Shown here piece by piece: positions 19,411 through 29,586 of a DNA stretch of 64,000 nucleotides. The stretch is from an uncultured delta proteobacterium. GTDB lineage: Bacteria > Myxococcota_A > Polyangia > Polyangiales > JAFGIB01. Below the pieces are notes generated by a model, which saw only the letters and a program-made list of their open reading frames with translations, was not told the DNA's origin and searched no databases. The stretch covers positions 96,001-160,000 of the forward strand of contig CAVZVA010000008.1 of NCBI GenBank assembly GCA_963778655.1, in the 5' to 3' direction. Made by a program: the position numbers and the translations under genes. Within the stretch, counting starts at the first letter, position 1, and every line of letters starts with the position of its first letter.

Positions 19411-20772
19411 ATGAACCGAGCATGGCCTTGCTTGGCCACAGGCGCGCTGCTCGGTGCGCTTGCAGTCTGCGTACCGCCCACTGCGCGCGCCGAGCCACAG
19501 GCTTCGAGCCCCTACCGTAAGCTCGAGATCTTTGCGCGCGCCCTTGCGCACATCGAACAGAGTTACGTGAGCGAGGTCGACAGCGACCAGCTCATCTATG
19601 GTGCGATACGTGGGATGTTAGGCGTGCTGGACCCACATTCCTCGTTCATGGACCCGGAGCAGTTCCGGATCCTGGCCAGCGACTCCGAGGGTCGCTACGG
19701 CGGCGTCGGCATCGAGATCGACGCCCGCGACGGCTGGCTCACCGTGGTCTCGGTCTTCGACAAGGGGCCGGCCGCGCGCGCCGGGGTGCAACCCGGCGAC
19801 CGCTTCCTCGCCATCGAAGGGGAGGGCGCCCGCGACATGCCGATCGATCAGGCCCAGGAGCGCATGCGGGGCGAGCCCGGAACCGTGGTGCACGTGACGC
19901 TGCGCCGGCCCGGCAGCGACGACGCGCTCGAGCTGAGCCTGACGCGCGAGGTGATCGAGGTCCAGGCGGTGGACGCGCGCGTGCTCGCGGACCGCAGCGT
20001 GTACTTGCGGCTCAAGGTGTTTCAGGAGACCACCGCCTCCGAGCTGCGCGAGGCGCTCGACCGGGCCGTCGAGAGCACCGCGGCGCACGGCGGCGTCTCC
20101 GGTCTGGTGCTCGATCTGCGCGACAACCCTGGCGGCTTGGTCAGCTCGGCGGTGCTGGTGGCCGACGAGTTTCTGCGTGAAGGTGTGATCGTGTCGACGC
20201 GCGGCCGCGGCAACCGCTTGCTGCGCGAGCAGCGCGCGAGCGCCGCGGGCACCCGCCCGGACTGGCCGATGGTAGTGCTGGTCAACGGCTTCACCGCGAG
20301 CGCCGCGGAGATCGTCGCCGGCGCTCTGCGCGACAACCGGCGCGCGGTGGTGGTCGGCACGCGCACTTTCGGCAAAGGCAGCGTGCAGAACGTGATCGAG
20401 CTGCCCGATCAGAGCGCGCTCAAGTTGACCACGGCGTTCTACTACACGCCCAGCGGCCGCTCGATCCAGGCCCGCGGCATCGAGCCCGACGTCGAGATCG
20501 AGCAGCTCGACCCCGCGGCCCTGGCCCAAGCGCGCAAGCAGCAGCACGAGGAGCTGAGTGAGGCCGCGCTGGCGCAGCACCTGCAAGCGCAGCCCGCGCA
20601 ACCCGCACAGCCGGCGCAGGCCCCTGCGCTGCCAGCGGCCTCGGATCGCGGCGCACGCAGCCCGGCCCAGGCGGCGCAGGCGAGCGCGACCGAGCCGTTT
20701 GCCGACGACTTCCAGGCACGCATGGCCCACGAGGTCTTGCGCGCGCTGATCGCCGCCCGCGCCACGCGTTGA
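19411..20772 (+). CDS. ctpA: S41 carboxy-terminal processing protease (PDZ)
   Basis: LDPHS, LDLRDNPGG, TASAAEIVAGAL, RTFGKGSVQ, YYTPSGRSIQ. Confidence 0.93.
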   Translation: MNRAWPCLATGALLGALAVCVPPTARAEPQASSPYRKLEIFARALAHIEQSYVSEVDSDQLIYGAIRGMLGVLDPHSSFMDPEQFRILASDSEGRYGGVGIEIDARDGWLTVVSVFDKGPAARAGVQPGDRFLAIEGEGARDMPIDQAQERMRGEPGTVVHVTLRRPGSDDALELSLTREVIEVQAVDARVLADRSVYLRLKVFQETTASELREALDRAVESTAAHGGVSGLVLDLRDNPGGLVSSAVLVADEFLREGVIVSTRGRGNRLLREQRASAAGTRPDWPMVVLVNGFTASAAEIVAGALRDNRRAVVVGTRTFGKGSVQNVIELPDQSALKLTTAFYYTPSGRSIQARGIEPDVEIEQLDPAALAQARKQQHEELSEAALAQHLQAQPAQPAQPAQAPALPAASDRGARSPAQAAQASATEPFADDFQARMAHEVLRALIAARATR

Positions 20773-20833
20773 ACGCACGGTTCGTGGCGCGCGCTTTCTT
20801 GGAAGGGGGCGCCGCCGGCGATACGGTCCGGCG

Positions 20834-21352
20834 ATGCGGGGGCTGGCGTTGCTCTGGCTCGGTTGGCTGAGCGCGGGCTGCGCGCCCCGCGCCGGCGGAA
20901 GCGTGGCTGTGGCGACCGAGCACGCGGCGCCCCAGCTACAGCGCTTTGCATCGTTCGATCGCTGGGCGCGCCGGGCGGCCAGCGCCGGCGGAGGCCGCGG
21001 TCGCGGCGAGGATGGGCTTGCCGAGGCGGTGTTCGCGCCGATCCGCGACCAGCCTTCCGTGCTTGCCGCGTGGGTGCAGCTCGAGGGCGCGCGCGGCCGC
21101 ACGGTGGCGCTGCCGGCGGGCGCCGCACCGCCTGCCGCCCCGGCCTGGGTCGACTTGCGCGATCCGGCGCTCGGCGTGCTGCGCGTGGCCACGCAGCAGC
21201 CCTGCGCGATCGTGCTGCGCTCTCGCGCTCGCGTCCGGCGGTCTCGCCAGCCCGAGTCGAACCCGCCCGCGTGCGTGCTGATCTCGCGGCACGCGCCGGC
21301 CGTTCCGAGCGCGATCACGGTGACGGTCGCCTTCCGCGAACCGTGGGACTAG
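20834..21352 (+). CDS. Hypothetical lipoprotein
   Basis: Lipobox-like LSAGC; fills the gap between neighbouring genes. Confidence 0.5.
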   Translation: MRGLALLWLGWLSAGCAPRAGGSVAVATEHAAPQLQRFASFDRWARRAASAGGGRGRGEDGLAEAVFAPIRDQPSVLAAWVQLEGARGRTVALPAGAAPPAAPAWVDLRDPALGVLRVATQQPCAIVLRSRARVRRSRQPESNPPACVLISRHAPAVPSAITVTVAFREPWD

Positions 21353-22077
21353 CGCAGGCCGAGGAAGCTGGCCGCCAGATAGCCGAGCGCCGCGATCAAC
21401 AGTATCCCGACCACGCCCACCGCGATCAGCATGCCGGTACGCTGCTTGGGCAGCTCGGGCGCGGACAGCGAGGAATCGGTGTCGTAGCGGCGTGCGGGCG
21501 CCGGCTCGCGCGCAGCCGCAAACCGCTGCGAGTCCTCGCGCGGCGCCGGCGTCTCGGCTGCGGGCATCGCATGCGCCGCCGGCGGGGGATCGGCCACCGC
21601 CCGAGCGGGTTGTGGCGCGGGCGCTGCGGCCGCAGGCGCGGCTTCGGGTAGCTGCGAGGTCTGGGCCAGCGCGGGATCGGGGTGCCGCTTGGGCGCCGGC
21701 TCCGTGGTCGCGGTGCTCGAAACCGCGTCGGGGCCGCCTGCCGCCGGGGGCGGCGCTTTGGGCGCGGCCGGCGCACGGACCGGAGGTGGCGGCAGCCCCG
21801 GCCCCCCGGTTCCCAGCATGGTGGCCTTCATCACCTTGCTGGGTCCGGCCGCGGGCTTGGGCGGCGGCGCGGGCTTGGGCGGCTCGGGCGCAGGCTTGGC
21901 CGCGGCCGGCGGCGCGCTCGGCTGCGGCGCGCTCGGCTGCGGCGCCGCACCCGCTTGCATCATCATCGTGCCCTTGAAGCGAGCGCCCTTGGACTTGGGC
22001 GCGACCTCGGCGCCGCACGCGATGCACTTGATCGCCTGCTCGGCGACTTGCTTCCCGCACTGCGGACAAAAGGCCAT
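21349..22077 (-). CDS. Zinc-ribbon, Pro/Ala-rich, C-terminally anchored membrane protein
   Basis: FCPQCG..CIACG, KGTMM/KATML motifs, C-terminal TM helix. Confidence 0.75.
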   Translation of the reverse strand: MAFCPQCGKQVAEQAIKCIACGAEVAPKSKGARFKGTMMMQAGAAPQPSAPQPSAPPAAAKPAPEPPKPAPPPKPAAGPSKVMKATMLGTGGPGLPPPPVRAPAAPKAPPPAAGGPDAVSSTATTEPAPKRHPDPALAQTSQLPEAAPAAAAPAPQPARAVADPPPAAHAMPAAETPAPREDSQRFAAAREPAPARRYDTDSSLSAPELPKQRTGMLIAVGVVGILLIAALGYLAASFLGLR

Positions 22078-22348
22078 CGGTTGCACCCAAGCGCGCGAAT
22101 CGACCGTCGTCCGATCGTAACGCGTCCCTTCCTACGAGGGAAGATCCTTGCGGGCAGCGCGGTCGGCGCGGGCATGCGCCCGGCGCACGCGTGGCTGCGT
22201 TTCGAGCGCGGCCACGCTGCACTTTGCGTCCTTGACATGCGGGTAGAGCACGCCTAGCGTTCGCCGGCAGGCGTGTCCGGATGTGGCGCGAGCCCTCGCG
22301 GGCAACGCCTGGCGCAAAGGGTTTTCCTCGACTCAGGCCCGCTTCGCC

Positions 22349-22855
22349 ATGGCCTTCACGCTGTCCCCCGAATCCGAGAAGATCGTCGACGAGCTTCTCA
22401 CGCGATATCCGACCAAGCGCGCCACGTGCTTGCCGGTGCTGCACCTGTGCCAGCGGCAGGAGGGCTGGATCAGCCCCGAGGTGATCGAGTACGTGGCGAA
22501 GCGGCTGGAGCTGGCGACCAGCGAGGTCCAGGGCGTCGTCACCTTCTACACCATGTATCACCAGCACAAGGTGGCGGCGAACGTGGTGTGGGTGTGCCGC
22601 ACGCTGTCTTGCGAGCTGCGCGGCGCGCGCGCGGTGCAGAAGCACCTGGAGAAGCGCCTCGGTTGCGGCGTGGGCGGCAGCAGCAAGGACGGCAAGTTCA
22701 CGCTCAAGACCGCCGAGTGCCTGGCGGCCTGCGGCCAGGGACCGATGGTGCAGATCAACAACGATTACCATGAGAACCTGACCATCGAGAAGCTCGACCG
22801 CATTATCGATGAGATCGCGGCCAAGACGCCGGCCGTGGCGGCCGGCGCCAGGTGA
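22349..22855 (+). CDS. nuoE: NADH-quinone oxidoreductase subunit E
   Basis: VTFYTMY, CRTLSC, ECLAAC [2Fe-2S] ligands. Confidence 0.95.
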   Translation: MAFTLSPESEKIVDELLTRYPTKRATCLPVLHLCQRQEGWISPEVIEYVAKRLELATSEVQGVVTFYTMYHQHKVAANVVWVCRTLSCELRGARAVQKHLEKRLGCGVGGSSKDGKFTLKTAECLAACGQGPMVQINNDYHENLTIEKLDRIIDEIAAKTPAVAAGAR

Positions 22856-22860
22856 GAGCG

Positions 22861-24258
22861 ATGACCGACTTTCCCAAAGTGCTGACGTCGCGCTACGGGC
22901 TGCCCGACAGCTTCACGCTGCGTGTGGCCGAGGAGCATGGCGCGTACGCCACTGCGCGCCGCGCCTTCACCTCGATGCGACCCGAGGAGATCCATGCTCA
23001 GGTCAAGGACGCGTGCATGCGCGGGCGCGGCGGCGCGGGCTTTCCGGCCGGCGTGAAGTGGGGCTTCCTGCCCAAGGGCACCACCAAGCCGGTGTATCTG
23101 GTGGTCAATGCCGACGAGGGCGAGCCCGGCACCTTCAAGGATCGCACCATCATGGAGCTCGATCCGCATCGGCTGATCGAGGGCTGCCTGATCACGATGC
23201 GCGCGATCGGCTCACACGTCTGCTACATCTACGTGCGCTGCGAGCTGGTCAAGTCGATCGAGCGCATCGAGGCTGCAATCGAGGAAGCGCGCCAGCGCGG
23301 CTACGTGGGCAAAACTCCGTTCGGCGTGGGCCACGAGCTGGAGATCTGGGTGCACGCGGGCGCAGGCGCGTACATCTGCGGCGAGGAAACGGGGATGCTG
23401 AACTCGCTCGAGGGCCTGCGCGGTGAGCCCCGGCTCAAGCCGCCGTTCCCGGCGGTGGAGGGCGCATTCGGCTGCCCGACCATCGTCAACAACGTCGAGA
23501 CGATCGCGTCGGTGCCCGACATCGTGCGTATGGGCGGCAAGGAGTGGGCCGCGCTCGGGCGCGGCTTGCCCAACGACGGCGGGATCCGCCTTTACGGCGT
23601 CAGCGGCCACGTGAAGAAGCCCGGCATCTACGAGGCCCCGGTTGGCCTGACCCTGCGCGAGCTGATCTATGACTTCGGCGGCGGGATGCTGCGCGACGAC
23701 CGGCCGCTCAAGGCCGTGATCCCGGGCGGCTCCTCGACGCCGGTGCTCCGGCCCGACGACGTGGTCGATGCTCCGGCCGAGGGCCACCCGCTGCACGCCT
23801 GGCACGGCAAGAGCCACATCGACGTGCCGATGGGAGTCGATACCTTTCGCGCGCTCGGCACCATGCTGGGCACCTGCTGCGCGATCGTGATGGACAGCTC
23901 GGTCAGCATGGTGGAGGCGGCCCGCAACCTGATGCACTTCTACGCGCACGAGTCGTGCGGCCAATGCACGCCGTGCCGCGAGGGCTGCGGCTGGCTGCAG
24001 GACATCCTGAGCAACCTGTGCGAGGGGCGCGGCAGGCCCGAGGACGTCGCGCTGCTGGTGGACGTTGCGAACAACATGATGGGCAACACCATCTGCGCGT
24101 TCGCGGATGGCACCGCGATGCCGATGCTCGGCTTCGTGCAGAAGTTCCACGACGAGTTCCTGGAGGCGGCCAAGCGCGGCGTGCGCGCGGGCTCGCTCGC
24201 CGACAGCGTGGCGGCGCAGGTCGGCGGCTCGCCGAGCGTGAGGCCGGTCGCGCCATGA
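22861..24258 (+). CDS. nuoF: NADH-quinone oxidoreductase subunit F
   Basis: RGRGGAGFP, NADEGEPGTFKDR, GAGAYICGEE, ESCGQCTPCREG. Confidence 0.97.
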   Translation: MTDFPKVLTSRYGLPDSFTLRVAEEHGAYATARRAFTSMRPEEIHAQVKDACMRGRGGAGFPAGVKWGFLPKGTTKPVYLVVNADEGEPGTFKDRTIMELDPHRLIEGCLITMRAIGSHVCYIYVRCELVKSIERIEAAIEEARQRGYVGKTPFGVGHELEIWVHAGAGAYICGEETGMLNSLEGLRGEPRLKPPFPAVEGAFGCPTIVNNVETIASVPDIVRMGGKEWAALGRGLPNDGGIRLYGVSGHVKKPGIYEAPVGLTLRELIYDFGGGMLRDDRPLKAVIPGGSSTPVLRPDDVVDAPAEGHPLHAWHGKSHIDVPMGVDTFRALGTMLGTCCAIVMDSSVSMVEAARNLMHFYAHESCGQCTPCREGCGWLQDILSNLCEGRGRPEDVALLVDVANNMMGNTICAFADGTAMPMLGFVQKFHDEFLEAAKRGVRAGSLADSVAAQVGGSPSVRPVAP

Positions 24259-24298
24259 GACTCCGCGTGTCAACGCCGTCCCCCAGCGAGGACCTCTC

Positions 24299-24943
24299 AT
24301 GACCGCGCCCGGCATCGGCCTGTTCCTGTTCTGCGCCTTGATCGCGTTGCTGTCGGCGCTCGGCACGATCGTGGTCAAGAGCCCGATCCGCGCGGCGATG
24401 TCGCTGCTGGTGCACATTACCGCGTTGTGCGGCCTGTTTCTGACGCTGCACGCTCACCTGCTGGCGGCACTGCAGCTGCTGGTCTACGCCGGCGCGGTGG
24501 TGGTGCTGTTCGTGTTCGTGATCATGATGATCGGGCCCAGCGTGCCCGACCCACCGGTTCGCCGCGGGCTGATCTCCAGGACCACGGCCGCGGCGCTGAT
24601 GGGGCTGCTGACCTTTGCGTTGGCGGCCACCCTGAGCGTGCCTGCGCCCGTGCCGCCGGGGATCCGGGCCTGCATGCCGGGGCAGGGCCCCGAGTGCGAC
24701 CAGTTCGGCGGGGTGGGAGGCTTCTCCCATGCCCTGTTTGTCGGCGGGATGGTGCCGTTCGAGCTGATCAGCATGCTGCTGACCGTCGCCATCGTGGGCG
24801 CGATCGCGGTGGCGCGCGGGCACACCGGCGAGGAAGCAGAGGCAGCCCAGCGCAGGCGCGCGGCGCTGCGCGCCAAGCAGGAAGAGCAGGCCGGCCGCGA
24901 GCGCGACCTGGCGGCCGAGACCGCCGCCAGCGGGGGGCACTGA
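24299..24943 (+). CDS. nuoJ: NADH-quinone oxidoreductase subunit J
   Basis: QLLVYAGAVVVLFVFVIM, PFELIS. Confidence 0.93.
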   Translation: MTAPGIGLFLFCALIALLSALGTIVVKSPIRAAMSLLVHITALCGLFLTLHAHLLAALQLLVYAGAVVVLFVFVIMMIGPSVPDPPVRRGLISRTTAAALMGLLTFALAATLSVPAPVPPGIRACMPGQGPECDQFGGVGGFSHALFVGGMVPFELISMLLTVAIVGAIAVARGHTGEEAEAAQRRRAALRAKQEEQAGRERDLAAETAASGGH

Positions 24944-24946
24944 AAC

Positions 24947-25255
24947 ATGCAGATCGAGCTCGGCCACTACCTGGGACTGGCGTCAACGATCTTCGGTCTC
25001 GGCGCGATCGGCTTCCTGGTGCGCCGTAACGTGCTGATCCAGCTGATGTGCATCGAGCTGATGCTCAACGCCGTCAACCTGATGCTGGTGGCCTTCAACC
25101 GTTGGTGGCCGGAGAACCACGCGGGCCAGATGTTCGCGTTCTTCGTGATCGCGGTGGCGGCGGCCGAGGCCGCGGTCGGCCTTGCCATCGTGATCGGCTG
25201 GTTCCGGCTCACCAAGACCGTGCACAGCGATCAGGCCGACAAGCTCAAGCACTGA
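24947..25255 (+). CDS. nuoK: NADH-quinone oxidoreductase subunit K
   Basis: RRN..IELMLNAVNL, AAAEAAVGLA. Confidence 0.96.
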   Translation: MQIELGHYLGLASTIFGLGAIGFLVRRNVLIQLMCIELMLNAVNLMLVAFNRWWPENHAGQMFAFFVIAVAAAEAAVGLAIVIGWFRLTKTVHSDQADKLKH

Positions 25256-25280
25256 CGCCCCTGCAGGAAGCCCCACGCAC

Positions 25281-27941
25281 ATGGAAAGCAAAGCCCTGCT
25301 CGGCATCGTGCTGTTTCCCCTGCTCGGGGCCGTCGCCAACGGCTTTCTCGGACGGGGCGCGAACAAGGAATGGCAGGCCTCGCGCGGCACCGTGCATGCG
25401 GTGGCCTGTCTGTCGGTGGCGGCCTCGTTCTTGCTCACCGTCTACTGTTTCGTGTGGCAGCTCGTCCCGCTGCACAGCGCCGCGCCCGAGGGCCACAACG
25501 CCACGCTGAGCTACACCGCTTACGAGTGGTTCTCGATCAGCCTCCGCGGCCGCGCGGTGCCGGTGCAGGTGCGCTTCGTAATGGACGCCCTGAGCGGCGT
25601 GATGTGCCTGATCGTCAGCGGCATCGGCCTGCTGATCCACCTCTACAGCACCGGCTACATGAGCGAGGAGAAGTCGTACGCGCGCTTCTTCGCGTACATG
25701 AATCTGTTCACCGCCTCGATGCTGATCCTGGTGCTCGGCAGCAACCTGCCCCTGATGTTCGTGGGCTGGGAGGGCGTGGGGCTGTGCAGCTACCTGCTGA
25801 TCGGCTTCTGGTGGGAGACGCCGGCCTACGCCGCGGCGGGACGCAAGGCGTTCGTCGCCAACCGTATCGGCGACTTCGGCGTGGTGATCGGCATGCTGCT
25901 CTTGGTGGGCGCGGTCGGCTCGTTCGAATTCGCCGACATCAACGCGCACGCCGCCGCGCTGACCCACCCGATCGTGCTGCCCGGGCTGACGCTCGCAGTG
26001 CCGGTGGCCACCGCAGCCACGCTGTTTCTATTCTTGGGCTGTACCGGCAAGAGCGCACAGATCCCGCTCTACGTGTGGCTGCCCGACGCGATGGCCGGCC
26101 CGACGCCGGTCAGCGCGCTGATCCACGCCGCCACCATGGTGACCTCCGGCCTGTATCTGATCTGCCGGCTCTCACCCGTGTTCTCGGTCGCCCCGCTGAC
26201 GATGGCAGTGGTGGCGGTGACCGGCGCGCTCACCGCGCTGCTGGCCGCGACCATCGGCTGCGTGCAGAACGAGATCAAGAAGGTGCTCGCCTATTCCACG
26301 GTGAGCCAGCTCGGCTTCATGTTTGCGGCCGTGGGCTGCGGCGCGTTCGCGGCCGGCTTCTTCCAGGTCTTCACCCACGCCTTCTTCAAGGCCTGCCTGT
26401 TCCTCGGCGCGGGCTCGGTGATGCACGCGGTCGGCGCGCACGGCGACGCCGACATCCGCCGCCTGGGTGGCCTGCGCAAGTACTTGCCGCGTACCCACTG
26501 GACCTTTCTGGTGAGCTGCCTCGCGATCTCGGGAGTGCCCGGGTTCAGTGGCTTCTTCTCCAAGGATGAGATCCTGGTCGGCGCGCTTTCGGTCGGCGAC
26601 TACTTTCCGGCGGGGCTCGGCGAGGCCGTCTTCCTGATCCTGGTGATCGCGGCGATCATGACCGCCTTCTATATGTTCCGCCTCTACTTCATGACCTTCG
26701 GGTTGGAGTACCGCGGAGGACCCGAGCACGCACATCACGAGGCGCCCGCCCACGACGGCGATGACGAGCACACGCACGGCCACGGTGAGCCGCACGAGTC
26801 GCCCGACTCGATGACGGTGCCGCTCGCGTTCCTCGGTGTCGGCGCGATCGGCGCGGGCTGGCTGTGGCTCGGCTTCCTCGGGCTGTTCGGTGCCCGCTTC
26901 TCGCCCTGGCTCGACTGGCTCGAGCCCTCGCTCGGCCGCATCGGCGAGGAGCACACCGACACCGCGGTGACGGTGGAGGCGATGCTGGGCGGCCTGACCG
27001 CGGTGGTGGTCGGCATCGGCCTGGCGTACGCATGGTACGGGCGGCCCGCGGTCGAGACCCCGCGCCGGCTGGCGGAGCGCTTCCCGCGCCTGTACGCGCT
27101 GGTGCTCGACAAGTGGCGCGTCGACGAGCTGTACGAGTCCACCGTGCTCGCGGCCTCGCGCGGGCTCGGGCTGGTGTCGGCAGGCATCGACAAGGTGGTG
27201 GTCGACGGGCTGCTGGCCAAGCTCACCGCCTACGCGGTGCAGGGCCTGGGCTTCGTGTTCACGCGGATGCAGAACGGCCTGGTGCAGGCCTACGGGGCGG
27301 TGATGGTCGTGGGCGTGCTCGGCCTCACCTACTGGTTCGTGGTGCCGCACCCCGAGGTGCAGGTGCCCGAGCCGCCCGGCGGCGATGCCGTGGACTTCGT
27401 GGCGCAGCCGGGCGTCGGCTACGAGTACCGCTGGGACTTCGACGACGACGGCAACTTCGACACCGCCTGGTCCGAGGACGGCAAGGCCTCGCACACCTAT
27501 GACGACAAGGAGCTGCGCCCCGGGGCGGTGGCCGTGTTCGAGCCCGCGGTCTACGCGGCCGGCCTGCGCCACACGCGGCTCGCGCTGGGGCAGCGACTGA
27601 CGCTAGACCCGGCCGATCTCGGTCCGGGCTGGCAGCGCGACGACGGCAACGATACGCCGCCGGTGGTGGAGGCGACCAAGGATGGGCTGCTGGTGCGCCC
27701 CAATGGCGCGCGGTTGCAGCGCGACGGCAAGACGCTGTCCGATCCGCAGCTTTTGCTGGTGCGCGGCCAGCACGTGGACGTCGGCCAGGCGCGGCTGACC
27801 GCCGCCGGCATCGCGCGCGGCCAGATTCGCGTGCGCAGCGCGTTCGGCGTGGAGCGCGAGGGCAGCTACGAGGTCGAGCTGCCGGTGGTGGCCGAGCGCC
27901 CCGCGGTCGAGGTGGTTGGCATGGCGGAGGCCGGGCGATGA
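25281..27941 (+). CDS. nuoL: NADH-quinone oxidoreductase subunit L with C-terminal soluble extension
   Basis: GWEGVGLCSYLLIGFW, GKSAQIPLYVWLPDAMAGPTPVSALIHAATMV, THAFFKA; 886 aa. Confidence 0.96.
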   Translation: MESKALLGIVLFPLLGAVANGFLGRGANKEWQASRGTVHAVACLSVAASFLLTVYCFVWQLVPLHSAAPEGHNATLSYTAYEWFSISLRGRAVPVQVRFVMDALSGVMCLIVSGIGLLIHLYSTGYMSEEKSYARFFAYMNLFTASMLILVLGSNLPLMFVGWEGVGLCSYLLIGFWWETPAYAAAGRKAFVANRIGDFGVVIGMLLLVGAVGSFEFADINAHAAALTHPIVLPGLTLAVPVATAATLFLFLGCTGKSAQIPLYVWLPDAMAGPTPVSALIHAATMVTSGLYLICRLSPVFSVAPLTMAVVAVTGALTALLAATIGCVQNEIKKVLAYSTVSQLGFMFAAVGCGAFAAGFFQVFTHAFFKACLFLGAGSVMHAVGAHGDADIRRLGGLRKYLPRTHWTFLVSCLAISGVPGFSGFFSKDEILVGALSVGDYFPAGLGEAVFLILVIAAIMTAFYMFRLYFMTFGLEYRGGPEHAHHEAPAHDGDDEHTHGHGEPHESPDSMTVPLAFLGVGAIGAGWLWLGFLGLFGARFSPWLDWLEPSLGRIGEEHTDTAVTVEAMLGGLTAVVVGIGLAYAWYGRPAVETPRRLAERFPRLYALVLDKWRVDELYESTVLAASRGLGLVSAGIDKVVVDGLLAKLTAYAVQGLGFVFTRMQNGLVQAYGAVMVVGVLGLTYWFVVPHPEVQVPEPPGGDAVDFVAQPGVGYEYRWDFDDDGNFDTAWSEDGKASHTYDDKELRPGAVAVFEPAVYAAGLRHTRLALGQRLTLDPADLGPGWQRDDGNDTPPVVEATKDGLLVRPNGARLQRDGKTLSDPQLLLVRGQHVDVGQARLTAAGIARGQIRVRSAFGVEREGSYEVELPVVAERPAVEVVGMAEAGR

Positions 27942-27954
27942 GCGAGGACGAGCG

Positions 27955-29586
27955 ATGAGCGCGCATCTGCTAACGCTGCTGGTCGGGGTGCCGCTGCTGG
28001 CGGGGCTGGCCGTGCTGTTCATCCCGCGCCAGAACGTGACCACCATCCGTGGGTTCTCGGTGGCGGCCATGCTGGTCGACCTGCTGCTCTCGTTCGGGCT
28101 GCTCGAGGGCAACTACCAGGGCGCGGCCTACCAGTTCACGGAAAAGGTCACGCTGGTCGAGGCCTACGGGATCCGCTACTCGGTCGGGGTCGACGGCATC
28201 TCGCTGTGGCTGATCCTGCTGACCACGCTGATCACACCGCTGGCGACCTACGCCTCGTGGACGCACATCGACACCAAGGTCAAGGAGTTCGCGCTCTCGT
28301 TCCTACTGCTCGAGAGCTTCATGCTGGGCGCGTTCGTCGCGCTCGATCTGTTCCTGTTCTACGTGTTCTGGGAGCTGATGCTGGTGCCGATGGCGCTGAT
28401 CATCGGCATCTGGGGTGGCCCGCAGCGGGTCTACGCCGCGGTCAAGTTCTTCCTCTACACCATGGTCGGCAGCATGCTGATGCTAGTGGCGATCATCTAC
28501 CTGGTCGCCCAGTACCACGCCGAGACCAAGACCTACAGCTTCGCGCTCTCCGACCTCAGCACCATGCTGCTGCCGGTGCACGTACAGCTGTGGCTGTTTG
28601 CGGCGTTCGCGCTGGCGTTCGCGATCAAGGTGCCGATGTTCCCGTTCCACACCTGGTTGCCGGATGCGCACGTGCAGGCGCCGACCGGGGGCTCGGTGAT
28701 CCTGGCCGCCGTCCTGCTGAAGCTCGGTACCTACGGTTTTCTGCGCTTCGCGATGCCGCTGTTCCCGGCCGCCAGCCACCGCCTGGGCGCCTCGATCGCC
28801 GCGCTGGCCACCTTCGGCATCCTCTACGGGGCGTATTGCGCGTGGGTGCAGCGCGACGTCAAGAAGCTGGTCGCCTACAGCTCGGTCAGCCATCTGGGCT
28901 TCGTCATGCTCGGGATGTACAGCATCACCACGAACGGCGTGAGCGGCTCGATCCTGCAGATGGTCAGCCATGGGGTGTCGACCGGGGCGCTGTTCCTTCT
29001 GGTGGGCGTGATCTACGAGCGCCGCCACACCCGCGACCTCGACGCGTTCGGCGGCCTGGCCAAGGCGATGCCCGTATACGCCACGTTGTTCGTAATCGTG
29101 GCGATGAGCTCGATCGGGCTGCCCGGGACCAACGGCTTCGTCGGCGAGTTCATGATCCTCTCGGGTGCGTTCCTCTCCGAGCACCTCGGGCAAGACGGCC
29201 CGTTGTTCGGGCTGCTGGGCGCGCTCGGGGTGATCCTGGCGGCTGTGTACATGCTGCACGCGGTGCTCAAGCTGTTCTGGGGTCCGCTTTCCAAGCCGGA
29301 GAACCAGAACCTGCCCGACCTGACGCGGCGCGAGGGGTTGGTGCTGGCGCCGTTGATCCTGCTGGTGTTCTGGATCGGGCTCTACCCGAGCCCCTTCCTC
29401 TCGCGCATGCAGGGCGCGGTCGAAAACATGACCCACGACTACACGGCCAAGCTCAAGGCCAGCGACGCCAACCCGGACCGGCGCGGCATCCTCGAGCCGG
29501 CCAAGACGGCAGCCTTGGACACGGCTGGCGCAGGAGCGCTGGCGCTCGCCCGCCAGGCGGAGGCCGCGGCCGGAGGTGAGCGATGA
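27955..29586 (+). CDS. nuoM: NADH-quinone oxidoreductase subunit M
   Basis: FYVFWE, IKVPMFPFHTWLPDAHVQAPT, AYSSVSHLG, GLPGTNGFVGEF. Confidence 0.96.
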   Translation: MSAHLLTLLVGVPLLAGLAVLFIPRQNVTTIRGFSVAAMLVDLLLSFGLLEGNYQGAAYQFTEKVTLVEAYGIRYSVGVDGISLWLILLTTLITPLATYASWTHIDTKVKEFALSFLLLESFMLGAFVALDLFLFYVFWELMLVPMALIIGIWGGPQRVYAAVKFFLYTMVGSMLMLVAIIYLVAQYHAETKTYSFALSDLSTMLLPVHVQLWLFAAFALAFAIKVPMFPFHTWLPDAHVQAPTGGSVILAAVLLKLGTYGFLRFAMPLFPAASHRLGASIAALATFGILYGAYCAWVQRDVKKLVAYSSVSHLGFVMLGMYSITTNGVSGSILQMVSHGVSTGALFLLVGVIYERRHTRDLDAFGGLAKAMPVYATLFVIVAMSSIGLPGTNGFVGEFMILSGAFLSEHLGQDGPLFGLLGALGVILAAVYMLHAVLKLFWGPLSKPENQNLPDLTRREGLVLAPLILLVFWIGLYPSPFLSRMQGAVENMTHDYTAKLKASDANPDRRGILEPAKTAALDTAGAGALALARQAEAAAGGER

